Part shown: piece after piece, positions 31,428 through 41,788 of the stretch
How positions within the stretch are numbered: position 1 is the first letter of the stretch
Layout of the letters: every line of letters begins with the position of its first letter
NCBI GenBank assembly: GCA_963719035.1
Contig: CAVRAO010000002.1
Location: 160,001-224,000 of the forward strand
Source of the DNA: Methanobacteriota archaeon
Lineage (GTDB): Archaea; Halobacteriota; Bog-38; Methanoflorentales; Methanoflorentaceae
Reading direction: 5' to 3'
DNA: 64,000 nucleotides
Notes under the pieces: generated by a model
Seen by the model: the letters and a program-made list of their open reading frames with translations, nothing else
What the model was told of the DNA's origin: nothing
The model's database searches: none
Program-made: the position numbers and the translations under genes

Positions 31428-32177
31428 TTAAACAAGATTAAAAGCCCTACAGGTGTTTTTAATGATTATGGAGGCCGTATCTTCAAAGGTCATATCCCAT
31501 ATCCGCGATATGGCAACGACCGCATCTCCGACCAACGCAGGTTCGTTCCGACCACGATGAGCTGCTTGATATGGGCTATCGGTTTCCACTAAGATTGCTT
31601 CTCGCGGAGCACCCTCCACAAGCTTCTGGTGGTGTGGCGATTTACAAACCCGAGTTGGAATTGAAATATAGTGTCCGCAGCCAACTATAGCATTAAGCAA
31701 CTCGGTGTTGCCACCGTAGCAATGATATACTGCTTGGTCAACCCGGTGTGCGAGCTTAAAAACGCGTTCTTCAGCATCTCGACTGTGGATCACAAGCGGC
31801 AGGTTGAGCTCCTCGCTTAGTCGAATAAATATGCGAAACGTATCCTCTTGCTCCGCTCGTTGATGTTCCTCCGTAGCGTGATAAAAGTCTAATCCCACTT
31901 CACCAATCGCTATTGCAGAATCGGCATTTTGTCGAATGAATTCTTCGACGTGTTTTTTTTCGTCTAAGTTTAGCGGGCTTAACCCATACGCTGCATAAAT
32001 GTTTTCATGCTGAAGCAAGTCTTTGGTTGCCTGGTTCGATCTGAGATTAATACCCGAATTAATTAGAGCGATCCGTGCATCGAACGCTCTGTTAATGACC
32101 GATTGACGATCTAGGTCAAACGCAGGCATATCGATGTGGCAGTGGGTGTCTAAAAGATGCCATCGCAAACTACGCAC
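31428..32177 (-). CDS. tatD: TatD family hydrolase
   Basis: DTHCH, IGEVGLD, IHSRDA, HCY, ETDSPY. Confidence 0.95.
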   Translation of the reverse strand: MRSLRWHLLDTHCHIDMPAFDLDRQSVINRAFDARIALINSGINLRSNQATKDLLQHENIYAAYGLSPLNLDEKKHVEEFIRQNADSAIAIGEVGLDFYHATEEHQRAEQEDTFRIFIRLSEELNLPLVIHSRDAEERVFKLAHRVDQAVYHCYGGNTELLNAIVGCGHYISIPTRVCKSPHHQKLVEGAPREAILVETDSPYQAAHRGRNEPALVGDAVVAISRIWDMTFEDTASIIIKNTCRAFNLV

Positions 32178-33667
32178 CGTCTCTTGCCTTCAGTCGGTTT
32201 ATTGCGCTGATCATTGCTTCAACTGATGCAATAACAATGTCACCCCTGGCTGCCCGAGCTGTTACGAAGTTACCTTTCGAGTCTTCAACACCTATGACGA
32301 CGTCAGCAAGTGCGTCACTCCCTCCACTAATAGAGTCGATCCGAAACGTTCGTAATTGCACGTCTGCCCCCCCAAGGATATCATGTACTGCGTTGATAGC
32401 AGCATCGACAGGACCAATGCCGACTCGGGCCCCGATTTTGGTTTTCCCATCAACAATTGCTTTCACCGTAGCGGTTGGCGTAACGCGATTGCCAGTCATA
32501 ACCGATAGCTCTTCAAGTAAGATTGTGGGTTTCAACACCTCATTTGTCACGGCTTCTGCGATAGCATACAGGTCTACGTCCGTAACTCGTCGACCTTTGT
32601 CGCCAATTTCCTTAACGCGGCCCATTATACGAATTAGCTCTTCTTCGCTAACGTCAAAGCGTGCATCTTTAAGCATCTGGCGCACCGCGTGTTTACCAGC
32701 GTGCTTACCTGCTACGAGTCTACGGCGTTGACCTACCATTTCTGGCGTCATGATTCCAGGTTCAAACGTATCCGCACGTTCTATTACCCCGCGCGAATGA
32801 ATTCCGGATTCGTGCGAAAATGCGTTTTCCCCAACAATTGGCGCTGTAGGGGGTAGATTTATTCTCGTGAATCGTTCGACCAGTCGCGAGGTCTCGAGAA
32901 GGTACTGTGAGTTGATGTTCAACTTTAGTCCAAAAATACTTGACAAGCTCATTGCCGTTTGAGCGAGGTCAGCGTTCCCCGCCCTCTCACCAATGCCATT
33001 AATCGTTACTTGGACTTGGTTGGCACCTGCTTCGACTGCTGACAAGCTATTCGCCACTGCCAATCCGAAATCATTATGGCAGTGCACGTCGATGGGGACT
33101 TTCACGACTTCCCTAATTTCCTTAACAAAGTTAAACATTCGCAAGGGGGCCATAATTCCTACCGTGTCAGGTATATTGATGACATCAGCTCCTGCAGATT
33201 CTACCCCTCGACAGATGTGTCGGAGAAAGTCCATTTCAGTCCTGGTAGCATCCATTGCAGAAAAGAGGCACTTCGGTACCGTGATCTTGTACGTATTCGA
33301 CTGCGTCAATTGACAGATCGTACACTTCCTGTCTCGTCTTTTTCATTGAATATTCGAGCTGCACGTCTGACGTTGAGGCGAAAACGTGAATAAGTCCAAC
33401 ACCGGCACCTAAGCACGCATCAATATCCGGTTTTACGACGCGTGCAAGACCGCACACAGTTGCTTGTAGACCCTCGTCTACGATGCTCTTCACCGCGTTG
33501 TATTCCCCTTTTGAGGAAATAGGAAACCCCGCTTCTATAACGTCGACGCCTAGCTTGTCTAGGGCTTTAGCGATGGTAAGTTTCTGGTCATCAGTGAGCG
33601 AAACGTTCGGTGTTTGCTCTCCGTCACGTAGTGTTGTGTCAAAAAAAGTGATTATTTCTTTATTCAT
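32170..33667 (-). CDS. leuA: 2-isopropylmalate/citramalate synthase family, frameshifted near 33277
   Basis: DTTLRDGEQ in the 5' ORF; FSAMDATR, HCHNDFG, GIGERAGN, HESGIH and the regulatory domain in the 3' ORF; removing one base gives about 498 aa. leuA versus cimA not resolved. Confidence 0.85.
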
Positions 33668-33710
33668 TCTCGAATTGACGAAGAAGACTATCCCTCAAAT
33701 ATATACGCAT
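33660..33710 (-). promoter_or_regulatory. Leu-Leu uORF MRIYLRDSLLRQFENE overlapping the leuA start
   Basis: ATG 33710 to TAA 33660; BRE/TATA AAAGCG-TTTTATAG at 33750-33737. Confidence 0.55.
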
Positions 33711-33831
33711 GTTTACAACAATTATTGAAGAGCTACCTATAAAACGCTTTCTTTAGGAGGCACGCGCATTTCAGCATTTTCAGCTTGCTTATCTAAAGTT
33801 TGAAATAAACGTTACTTTGATGCCAGTTTTC

Positions 33832-34554
33832 TTAGGCAAAACGTTTTTGGATCCAACTGATTAAACGTACGTTTTCTACGAAAATCACGTCGATAGTTAC
33901 AGCGAGAACCCCCACCAAAAAAATCGCATCAAAAACACCGGCACCGCCAATCGATGCAAAAGCAAAGCCACTTGGATAATAAGATAGGATATTACCAATA
34001 CGAACGACGTCAGCACCGAGCAGTACACCTAATGAACCCGAGACATAGGCAATTGGACCGACGCTTGCCCACTGCTTTTTTGAAAGCGCAATACCAACAA
34101 TGCTGGCTGCAATTGCAATAGCGTAGATGTTCTGGATAATGACCCCTTCTCCAGCCACATACCCCGAACTGAGGTAAGAGAAGATGGCAATGACAGAAAC
34201 TCCAATGAGGCTTGCTTTAATAGGGCTTCTGTGATCGATCATCATCTTGAGCGAAATTAAGAAAGGTATAAGGAAACCTGCCAAATCGAAACCAATGGCA
34301 AGTCCATTTCTTGGTCCAACGGTTAGGAAATCGCGGAACAGCAGGAACCCTAGCGGCACATCGATAATGCCAAAACCAAGTGAACCTCGAAAATATAGCA
34401 ATATCGAAGGAAATGAAGTAAGAAAAAGAACTGTTGAACCGATAAAGATCAAGAGTGCTTCTGACAGTTTGAAGCCCACCGTCTCGAATCCGAACACAAG
34501 TAGCAAGAGTATGAGAGAAGCGAGCAACAAAAAGGTGACTGATTCAATAAGCAT
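33832..34554 (-). CDS. DUF1614 membrane protein
   Basis: AYVSGSLGVLLGAD, SIGGAGVFDAIF. Confidence 0.88.
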   Translation of the reverse strand: MLIESVTFLLLASLILLLLVFGFETVGFKLSEALLIFIGSTVLFLTSFPSILLYFRGSLGFGIIDVPLGFLLFRDFLTVGPRNGLAIGFDLAGFLIPFLISLKMMIDHRSPIKASLIGVSVIAIFSYLSSGYVAGEGVIIQNIYAIAIAASIVGIALSKKQWASVGPIAYVSGSLGVLLGADVVRIGNILSYYPSGFAFASIGGAGVFDAIFLVGVLAVTIDVIFVENVRLISWIQKRFA

Positions 34555-34743
34555 GGTTCGTTAGTTAAAATCTGATTTAATGAGTGGCGAGTGTTACATG
34601 ACTATATGGAAAAACAGTGCCTTTAACGCCTGTCATATTACTGCTACTTTTTGCGACTTTTTTCAACAAGAGATCTTAATACAACAACACCAGCTCCGAG
34701 AACTCTGCAAACACTAGAATTGTGGCCGAGAAGGATACTTTTG

Positions 34744-35787
34744 TTACACCATTAAAACCCTCTTGATCAACTCTCTAAAGATCGTACTCGCTGTTTCCAC
34801 CTCGCGAAGGTCTATCCATTCGTCAGTGGTGTGCGCTTGGGCAATTCCGCCAGGCCCAAAGACGACGGTAGGTATTCCTGCCTCGTTAAAACGCGAAGCG
34901 TCAGTACTCGCATCCATCGTCACTATCTGTGGGTTTTGCCCGCTATAGCGAATAGATTCGCTTAAAAGCGTAATAATCTCGTGATTTTGTAAATAAAAGG
35001 GGTGCGAAAAATCTTTTGGATCTTCCGCAAATTCGATCTTCGCTTCAGGTAGTTTCGCTCTGAACATCTCTAGAACACTTAATGCATCGTGAGGTGGCAC
35101 ATAGCGATAATCGACAGCGATTCGGCATCGGTCAGGAACTATATTAGGTGTGTCACCTCCATATATTGTGCTCACGGTCATAGTTTCTCTGCCAAGCACT
35201 GGATGTTTTATTAATAACATTTTGTCGATTAGCACCACAAGCTTTGCCATTTCGACAATGGCATTCTTGCCGAGCTCTGGTTTGCTAGCGTGCGCTGATC
35301 TTCCGATGGTTTCAATATAAAAGGTCATACGACCTTTGTGTCCGTTTGCTATCTTGAGACTAGTTGGCTCGCATACGACGCAGAAATCTGCATCTATATA
35401 AGGCATAATGTCTTGAGCCCCTTGACTTTTAAGCTCTTCATCGACGACGAACGTCGCGAGCAACGTGCCCCTAAGCTTGCTTTGTTCGATACCAGCAATC
35501 GCATTGATGACTGCGGCGAGACCCCCTTTATCATCAGCTGCACCTCTACCAAACAATCTCTTCCCTTTAATTTGGGGCGGAAAGAAAGGCGGCACGGTAT
35601 CAAGGTGACCGCACAACATTAAAGTAGGTCGTCCTCGGCCAAGTTTGCCGATGAGGCTGTTACCAGAGCGCGTGATTTCCATTCCCAGATCCACGAGTTT
35701 ATTTTCGATAAAAATGCTAATTTCATGCTCGTTAGTACTGGTACTTGGAATTTTCACCAACTCATACAGGAGTTCTGTGCTCGACAT
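34744..35787 (-). CDS. M20 metallohydrolase (ArgE/DapE/LysK-like)
   Basis: GHLDTV, GRGAADDKGG, DEE, EPT, GPG...AH..DE. Confidence 0.92.
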   Translation of the reverse strand: MSSTELLYELVKIPSTSTNEHEISIFIENKLVDLGMEITRSGNSLIGKLGRGRPTLMLCGHLDTVPPFFPPQIKGKRLFGRGAADDKGGLAAVINAIAGIEQSKLRGTLLATFVVDEELKSQGAQDIMPYIDADFCVVCEPTSLKIANGHKGRMTFYIETIGRSAHASKPELGKNAIVEMAKLVVLIDKMLLIKHPVLGRETMTVSTIYGGDTPNIVPDRCRIAVDYRYVPPHDALSVLEMFRAKLPEAKIEFAEDPKDFSHPFYLQNHEIITLLSESIRYSGQNPQIVTMDASTDASRFNEAGIPTVVFGPGGIAQAHTTDEWIDLREVETASTIFRELIKRVLMV

Positions 35788-35796
35788 AAGACCATC

Positions 35797-37695
35797 CTAC
35801 TGAAGGACAGACAGAACCTTAGCCCGGAGCACTTTATTTACGAGTCTACCGTCCGCTTTTCCCCGGACTTCTTTCATGACGACACCCATTAGGGGACCTA
35901 TAGCTCCCACGCCCCTTGCCTTAATGAAATCGAGCTGAGACTTAACCACTTCATCAACAATCGCTTTAAGCTCGCGCTCACTTAACATGATAAATCCCAG
36001 TTCTATCGCAGCCTCATCAGCAGTTCTCGTATCACATTCAGCCAGCACTCGAAGAACCTCGGGCACTCCTTCTTTGGAGATGGTCTTAGATCTCACGAGC
36101 TGGAAAACATCAAGGATGTGTTTACGCTTCAGTCTATCAACGGGCACGCCATCTCTCTTAAGTTCCGCGATGACTCCTTCAAGTGTGCGGACCACAAGTG
36201 TTGCAGCATCCTTCATTTCGCCTTTTGTTATGTCGCTGTTTTTCTCGCGCCAAAGGCTCATAACTTGTTCAAAAAGTCTATTATTCTCAGACCACGCGAT
36301 TTGATGGGCCAATTCATCGTTTAAAAAAAAGTCACGCTGATATCTCTGCGTCCTATCTTCAAGCTTTTCTGGCAAGTGCAGCTTAACACGTTCGATAACC
36401 TCTTTCGGGAGAGAGATAGGGGAGACGTCCGTCTCTGGGTACATGCGGGCGGCACCGGGTAGGGGTCGTAGATATTCGGAGCACCCGTCGTCCAAAACGC
36501 GGCGCGTCTCTTCAGGCACGCCCTCAGTAGCTTCTCTCGCTCGCTTTATAACTGCAGAAATCGCTTCAATACATGTCTTAGCACTCTCGTCAGCAAGTAT
36601 GACAGCTGCGTCGTGCTCTCCAGCTTCTAAGAACTGTAGCAGAGCATCTTTTTCTTTGCTTGAGATTCCAAAGCGTGGCAACTCATCAGTGTGAAATATG
36701 CCTGCAACACCCTTCTTTTTTGCCCGATCCGCGAATTCGGAACCCAATCGGCGACCCGGTTGTATCTCTTTTCCCACGAGGCCGGCAAAACCAGGAAGTA
36801 AAACGCCCCAAACACGTTTCTTCTTAAGAATTTTTGATCCGGTCTGGGTGAATATCGAGGTGACCTCAATGGGGTTTCCTACGCGCGCCCCTCGGGCTTG
36901 TAGCTCATCCCTGATCTTGAGCAAGTTGAGCTGCCTCGAGACTTCAACATGTACGATATCCTCAACTAATTCAAGCGCTTGTACGCCTTTTATTTCGACC
37001 CGCGCACCCCCTACAATGGAGATATTTATATCCTGCCTGATCGTCCCCAGCCCTCGCTTAACAGTACAAGCGCGCAAGATCGTTCCGATTGTAAGAGCGA
37101 GCTCTTTTACCATCTTAGGTGTTTTCAAATCAGGGGCACTGCCGATTTCAACAAGCGGAATGCCGAGCCGATCGAGCGAATAGACGTCCTTGTAGACGAT
37201 TTGCGCTGCCTCCTCCTCAACGGAAAGCGAGTCGATCTTAACGGGGCCGTTTCTAAGCGATACTTGTCCGTCTACTGCTAAAAGCGCCGTTCGTTGGAAG
37301 CCACTTGTGTTCGACCCGTCGATTACCAGTTTCCGCATAGTATGGACTTGTTCGAACGGTTGCATCTGAAGCAAAAGGGCTATTTGAAGTGCAATTTTGA
37401 GGGCTTCTACGTTCATTTCCATCGGCGGCTCATCGTCATTTTCCACAAGACCTGTACTCGCGTATGCCTTGTAAGTAAACCGCCTGGTCCCAACACCCTC
37501 TTCCAACGCAGCTCGGTCAATTTCACCCAATTCACTCTTTGAAGGGCGCAAGTAGCGATAAAACTCATAAGTCGCATCTTTAGTGTCTTTCAACTCAGCC
37601 GGACTACTGCAAAAAAGCTTAGACGTGGTGTTGAGTTGTTGATGGATTTCCAAGCCGGCCTTTAGACCAATTTTCATATAGTCGTGATCCTTCAC
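35797..37695 (-). CDS. gatE: Glu-tRNA(Gln) amidotransferase subunit E
   Basis: GLEIHQQL, DGSNTSGFQRT, GTIRQD.N, PGAARMYPETD. Confidence 0.98.
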   Translation of the reverse strand: MKDHDYMKIGLKAGLEIHQQLNTTSKLFCSSPAELKDTKDATYEFYRYLRPSKSELGEIDRAALEEGVGTRRFTYKAYASTGLVENDDEPPMEMNVEALKIALQIALLLQMQPFEQVHTMRKLVIDGSNTSGFQRTALLAVDGQVSLRNGPVKIDSLSVEEEAAQIVYKDVYSLDRLGIPLVEIGSAPDLKTPKMVKELALTIGTILRACTVKRGLGTIRQDINISIVGGARVEIKGVQALELVEDIVHVEVSRQLNLLKIRDELQARGARVGNPIEVTSIFTQTGSKILKKKRVWGVLLPGFAGLVGKEIQPGRRLGSEFADRAKKKGVAGIFHTDELPRFGISSKEKDALLQFLEAGEHDAAVILADESAKTCIEAISAVIKRAREATEGVPEETRRVLDDGCSEYLRPLPGAARMYPETDVSPISLPKEVIERVKLHLPEKLEDRTQRYQRDFFLNDELAHQIAWSENNRLFEQVMSLWREKNSDITKGEMKDAATLVVRTLEGVIAELKRDGVPVDRLKRKHILDVFQLVRSKTISKEGVPEVLRVLAECDTRTADEAAIELGFIMLSERELKAIVDEVVKSQLDFIKARGVGAIGPLMGVVMKEVRGKADGRLVNKVLRAKVLSVLQ

Positions 37696-38966
37696 GGTAA
37701 CTCCTCAAACGCACGCCACGTCCTGCTCTCGTCAACGGTTATTTCGCCAGCAATGTTAGTTTTCATGAGCTGTCGAATCTCTTCGCGATCAGACGTCTGG
37801 CCAAGCACCCACATTAGTTTAACAAGCGCTGTTTCACTGAGCATATCGTCACCTTCAATTATCCCGGCTTTCAAGAGGTCACGACCAGTGTCGTAGACCC
37901 TATCGCACACGGTGCCGTAGACACACTGAGAGGTCATCACAACCGGGATAGCCTCCGTTGTTTCTTTCACGTATGGGACCCATTCGCTCGTAACGTGACC
38001 GAGGCCGGTTCCTTCAATAACTAAGCCCTTGTATCCTTGCGTCAAATAGAAGTTCATAATATCGGGATTTGCTCCTGGGAAGAATTTTATAAGAGCGCAT
38101 TTTGGCTCGATCTTTGGACGAACGGAGAGTTCGCAATCTCCTCGACCAATCCGATCAGTTAAGAATTGTAGCGATCTTTCCTGATATTTAACGCGTGCCA
38201 CTGGTTCTGCATTGACTGATCGAAACGCGTCGCGTCGTGACGTGTGCATCTTCTTCGTACGAGTTCCCAGATGAACGAGACAGGTGTCATCTGATGCATC
38301 TTCATGCATCACAGTAAAAACGCCTGCAAGGTCACTTGTAGCTGCTACAGCTGCACAGGTCGCATTAACGACGTTGTCACTGCTCGGACGATCGGCAGAT
38401 CTCTGCGAGCCGACAAGCATGACTGGCACGGGTACCTGCAGCATGAATGATAAAGCTGCAGCGCTATATCCTAAGGTGTCTGTCCCGTGCGTCACAAGCA
38501 CTCCATACGCTCCTGCACGGACTTGATTGTAAACGCATAAGGCAAGCTCTGACCACAACTCTGGGAGCATGTTTTCGCTTAGAATGTTGTAAAGCACCAT
38601 ACCTTCGATGTTAGCGATTTCAGCTAAGCTGGGAATTGCGTCTATTATATCATCAGCGTCGAACTGACTCGTTACCGCTCCTGTTCGGTAGTCAATTTTA
38701 CTTGCTATGGTGCCTCCAGTCGAGACAATGCTCAACCGCGGCAACTCAGGACGTATGGGCCTAGACAGTCTTTTAGCCGTCACAGGTTTTCCTTTTTCAA
38801 CGAGGGAAATCTTTAGGCCCTCAGGCGCAAAACCGACGTTATAACCGCTGTATAGCTTAATTACTATATAGGTAGTAGCACTCGGCATAAGCACGCCAAA
38901 AAACTCTTTCGCATCTTTGACCACTTTGACGTGATCACCGTGTCGTATGTCGTCCATTTTAGACAT
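37692..38966 (-). CDS. gatD: Glu-tRNA(Gln) amidotransferase subunit D
   Basis: TGGTIAS..DYRTG, HGTDT, GSQRS.DRPSSD, HTSRRDAF. Confidence 0.98.
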   Translation of the reverse strand: MSKMDDIRHGDHVKVVKDAKEFFGVLMPSATTYIVIKLYSGYNVGFAPEGLKISLVEKGKPVTAKRLSRPIRPELPRLSIVSTGGTIASKIDYRTGAVTSQFDADDIIDAIPSLAEIANIEGMVLYNILSENMLPELWSELALCVYNQVRAGAYGVLVTHGTDTLGYSAAALSFMLQVPVPVMLVGSQRSADRPSSDNVVNATCAAVAATSDLAGVFTVMHEDASDDTCLVHLGTRTKKMHTSRRDAFRSVNAEPVARVKYQERSLQFLTDRIGRGDCELSVRPKIEPKCALIKFFPGANPDIMNFYLTQGYKGLVIEGTGLGHVTSEWVPYVKETTEAIPVVMTSQCVYGTVCDRVYDTGRDLLKAGIIEGDDMLSETALVKLMWVLGQTSDREEIRQLMKTNIAGEITVDESRTWRAFEELP

Positions 38967-40419
38967 CAGAGTGGTGCAACAGGTCCTTTTCCACCATTTG
39001 AAGGGCGTTCTGTTGTAGCGCGAGGTGCCGCCGTTGAGATCCCAAACGCTTGCGTCGTGCCTTTATCATACGGGCTACCTCACTTGCTGCAGGCCCGCCC
39101 TTCACGCCCCTTTTAGCAATGTTTTGACTGACGTCGAGAGCTTCTCTAACATCACTAGCTGTCAAACCAAGGAGTGACAAGGACTTTCCAACATGTTTTT
39201 TTCCTACATTATCGATTGTATCAAAATCGCAGTTACCGATTCGCACGACTTCGCCAACAATGGTGTGTGCGGTTCGAAAAGGAACGCTCGTCGTACGAGC
39301 AATAGTATCGGCCAGCTCGGTTGCCGTTGTGAAACCTACGGAACTCATATCAGCTAGCCTCTCCCTGTTAATGATAAGCGTTTTTAGAATAGCTTGAACA
39401 ATCTGGGCACAGTCGATTGCGGCACTTATGGCTTGGTGCAAATGCTGCGTAATTTCCTGCAAATCGAGATTGTAGCTATATGGGAGCGCCTTACATATTA
39501 CCAAGCTCGCCATTAGCGCTCCGATAACCGTACCTGTTTTTGCGCGCGTCAATTCAAGCGGGTCAGGGTTCTTCTTCTGTGGCATAATAGAACTTGTCGA
39601 AGCAAACTTGTCATCCAGTTCCACGTAGCCAAACTCGGATGTGCTCCAGAGTATGAGCTCTTCGGAAAGGCGGCTGAGTGTGATCATGAAATTTGAGGCA
39701 GTGGCTAGCACCTCTATGACAAAGTCGCGGGTGCTCACTGCGTCCATCGAGTTCTCAATAATCCCGTCGAAACCGAGAGCTGATGCGGTCGAATCACGAT
39801 CGATCGGCCAGCCAGTAGAGGCAAAAGCTGCTGCCCCCAATGGCGATTTGTTTGTTCGATCATAGCAGTCCCCCGAGCGTGCAAAGTCTCGCTCTAAGGC
39901 ATCATAATGTGCGAGCAAATGGTGCCCTAGCGTTGTAGGCTGAGCGTGTTGCAAATGTGTAAAGCCAGGCATTATGGTGGACAGGTTTTCAGCTGACCGT
40001 TCCAATAGGGTGCTTTGCAGTGCAAGAATGGCATCCTTGAGTGAAAGCAACTTATCACGCACGGCCATGCGAATGCACGCTGCAACCTCATCATTCCTCG
40101 ACCGACCTAGGTGCAGCCAACCAGCTTGCGCAGGCCCCACCTCATCCGTTAGCGCTGTCTCAATCGCAACATGGACATCGTCAACGTCTTTCTGTAAAAA
40201 AGCGTAACCGCGTTTATTTATGTTAAGCAATGATTGTTTAAGCGCGTTATAGGTCGTTTGTGAGATTATCGCCTGTTTATTGAGCATTCTCACGTGCGCG
40301 AGATCGACGAGAATGTCATAACGAAAAAGCCACGCGTCTGCAGCGATGGAGGTGGTAAACTGCGATGCGCGCTTATTGGACTCCATTAGACGGCCCTTCC
40401 GAATAATGTTCTGCGTCAT
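38959..40419 (-). CDS. argH: Argininosuccinate lyase
   Basis: GRSRND, PGFTHLQ.AQP, SSIMPQKKNPD. Confidence 0.97.
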   Translation of the reverse strand: MTQNIIRKGRLMESNKRASQFTTSIAADAWLFRYDILVDLAHVRMLNKQAIISQTTYNALKQSLLNINKRGYAFLQKDVDDVHVAIETALTDEVGPAQAGWLHLGRSRNDEVAACIRMAVRDKLLSLKDAILALQSTLLERSAENLSTIMPGFTHLQHAQPTTLGHHLLAHYDALERDFARSGDCYDRTNKSPLGAAAFASTGWPIDRDSTASALGFDGIIENSMDAVSTRDFVIEVLATASNFMITLSRLSEELILWSTSEFGYVELDDKFASTSSIMPQKKNPDPLELTRAKTGTVIGALMASLVICKALPYSYNLDLQEITQHLHQAISAAIDCAQIVQAILKTLIINRERLADMSSVGFTTATELADTIARTTSVPFRTAHTIVGEVVRIGNCDFDTIDNVGKKHVGKSLSLLGLTASDVREALDVSQNIAKRGVKGGPAASEVARMIKARRKRLGSQRRHLALQQNALQMVEKDLLHHSDV

Positions 40420-40633
40420 TACATTCTCAGACGAACGGACGGGTATTATGTATTTCGCTTGATAGCATTCAGAGAGGACTTTCTACTTCTATCACAGTGA
40501 GCACGGTGCCATCGCGTTTGATCTTAGTAATGTTCGTCAGATGTGAGCGCGCAATGTACTCTTATAGTTCGATGCAAAAGTTAATCTTTGAACCAAGCAG
40601 ACTCTAAAGTATAACACAACCACTTATTCGAAT

Positions 40634-41788
40634 ATGAAGAGCTTAGAAGGTAAAACCGTCATCTTAGGTGTCACAGGCAGTATCGCGGCAATAGAGACTG
40701 TTAAGCTGATCCGAGAGCTCAAGCGCAAGGGCGCAATAGTGCACGTCGTTACGACACCAGCAGCACGGCAGGTACTACACCCAAACGCGTTGGAATACGC
40801 CTCACAGAACCCTGTGATAAATGAACTCACGGGAAAGGTTGAGCACGTCGCTTTTCTAGGGAAGGACGGGTCGGCAGACATGCTTTTAATTGCGCCTTGC
40901 ACAGCAAATACGATAGGCAAGGTCGCACATGGCATTGACGATACTCCTGTAACGACGTGTGCGGTCACAGCCATTGGATCGGACAAACCTGTTATAGTTG
41001 TTCCTGCAATGCACTTGTCTATGTATTCTCAGCCACTTGTAAGAGAGAACATCAATCGCCTAAGAGAGCTAGTTCATTTTGTTTGGCCACGCATCGAAGA
41101 AGACAGAGCAAAACTCGCCCATACTAGCGAAATCGTGCTCACAGTCGAGCGGCTTCTCTCCCAAAGGGATCTAGCAAAAAAGAAAGTGTTGATCACAAGC
41201 GGTGCGACGATAGAGGCCGTCGATCCGATTCGCATTCTCACGACAAGAAGCTCAGGGAGAACTGGCAGGGAAATTGCTTATGAAGCTTTTAGGAGGGGAG
41301 CTGACGTTACTATCGTGCACGATAGCACCGCACAGCTCGTGAATCAGATACGTGTGGAAAGTGCAGCAGAGATGAGCGGTGCAGTACTTATGGAGCTGGA
41401 GAAAGGATACGACATATTTATCAATGCGGCGGCTATCTCCGACTTTACCGTTGATAAACACGATAAAAAGATTAGGTCTGGCCAAGCGCTTCATCTCGAG
41501 TTGAAGAATGTGCCAAAACTCACCGACATTGTTCGAGCGAAGTACCCGCATCTTTTTATCGTCTGTTTCAAAGCGGAAACTAATACAACTCCGGATGAAC
41601 TCATAGAATGTGCCCGCTCTATTCCCGTTGATTTAGTGGTTGCAAACGACGTGACAGTGCGAGGTATGGGCACTAAAGACAACGAAATTTACATAGTAAA
41701 TTCGCACGTCGAACGGTATCAAGGCGATAAAGCGTATCTCGCTGTGAAGATTATCGACGCTGTTGTTCAGAGAATAAACCACAAATGA
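40634..41788 (+). CDS. coaBC: Bifunctional PPC decarboxylase/synthetase
   Basis: GVTGSIAA, APCTANT, PAMH, DPIR..T.RSSG, AAISDF, VVAND. Confidence 0.96.
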   Translation: MKSLEGKTVILGVTGSIAAIETVKLIRELKRKGAIVHVVTTPAARQVLHPNALEYASQNPVINELTGKVEHVAFLGKDGSADMLLIAPCTANTIGKVAHGIDDTPVTTCAVTAIGSDKPVIVVPAMHLSMYSQPLVRENINRLRELVHFVWPRIEEDRAKLAHTSEIVLTVERLLSQRDLAKKKVLITSGATIEAVDPIRILTTRSSGRTGREIAYEAFRRGADVTIVHDSTAQLVNQIRVESAAEMSGAVLMELEKGYDIFINAAAISDFTVDKHDKKIRSGQALHLELKNVPKLTDIVRAKYPHLFIVCFKAETNTTPDELIECARSIPVDLVVANDVTVRGMGTKDNEIYIVNSHVERYQGDKAYLAVKIIDAVVQRINHK

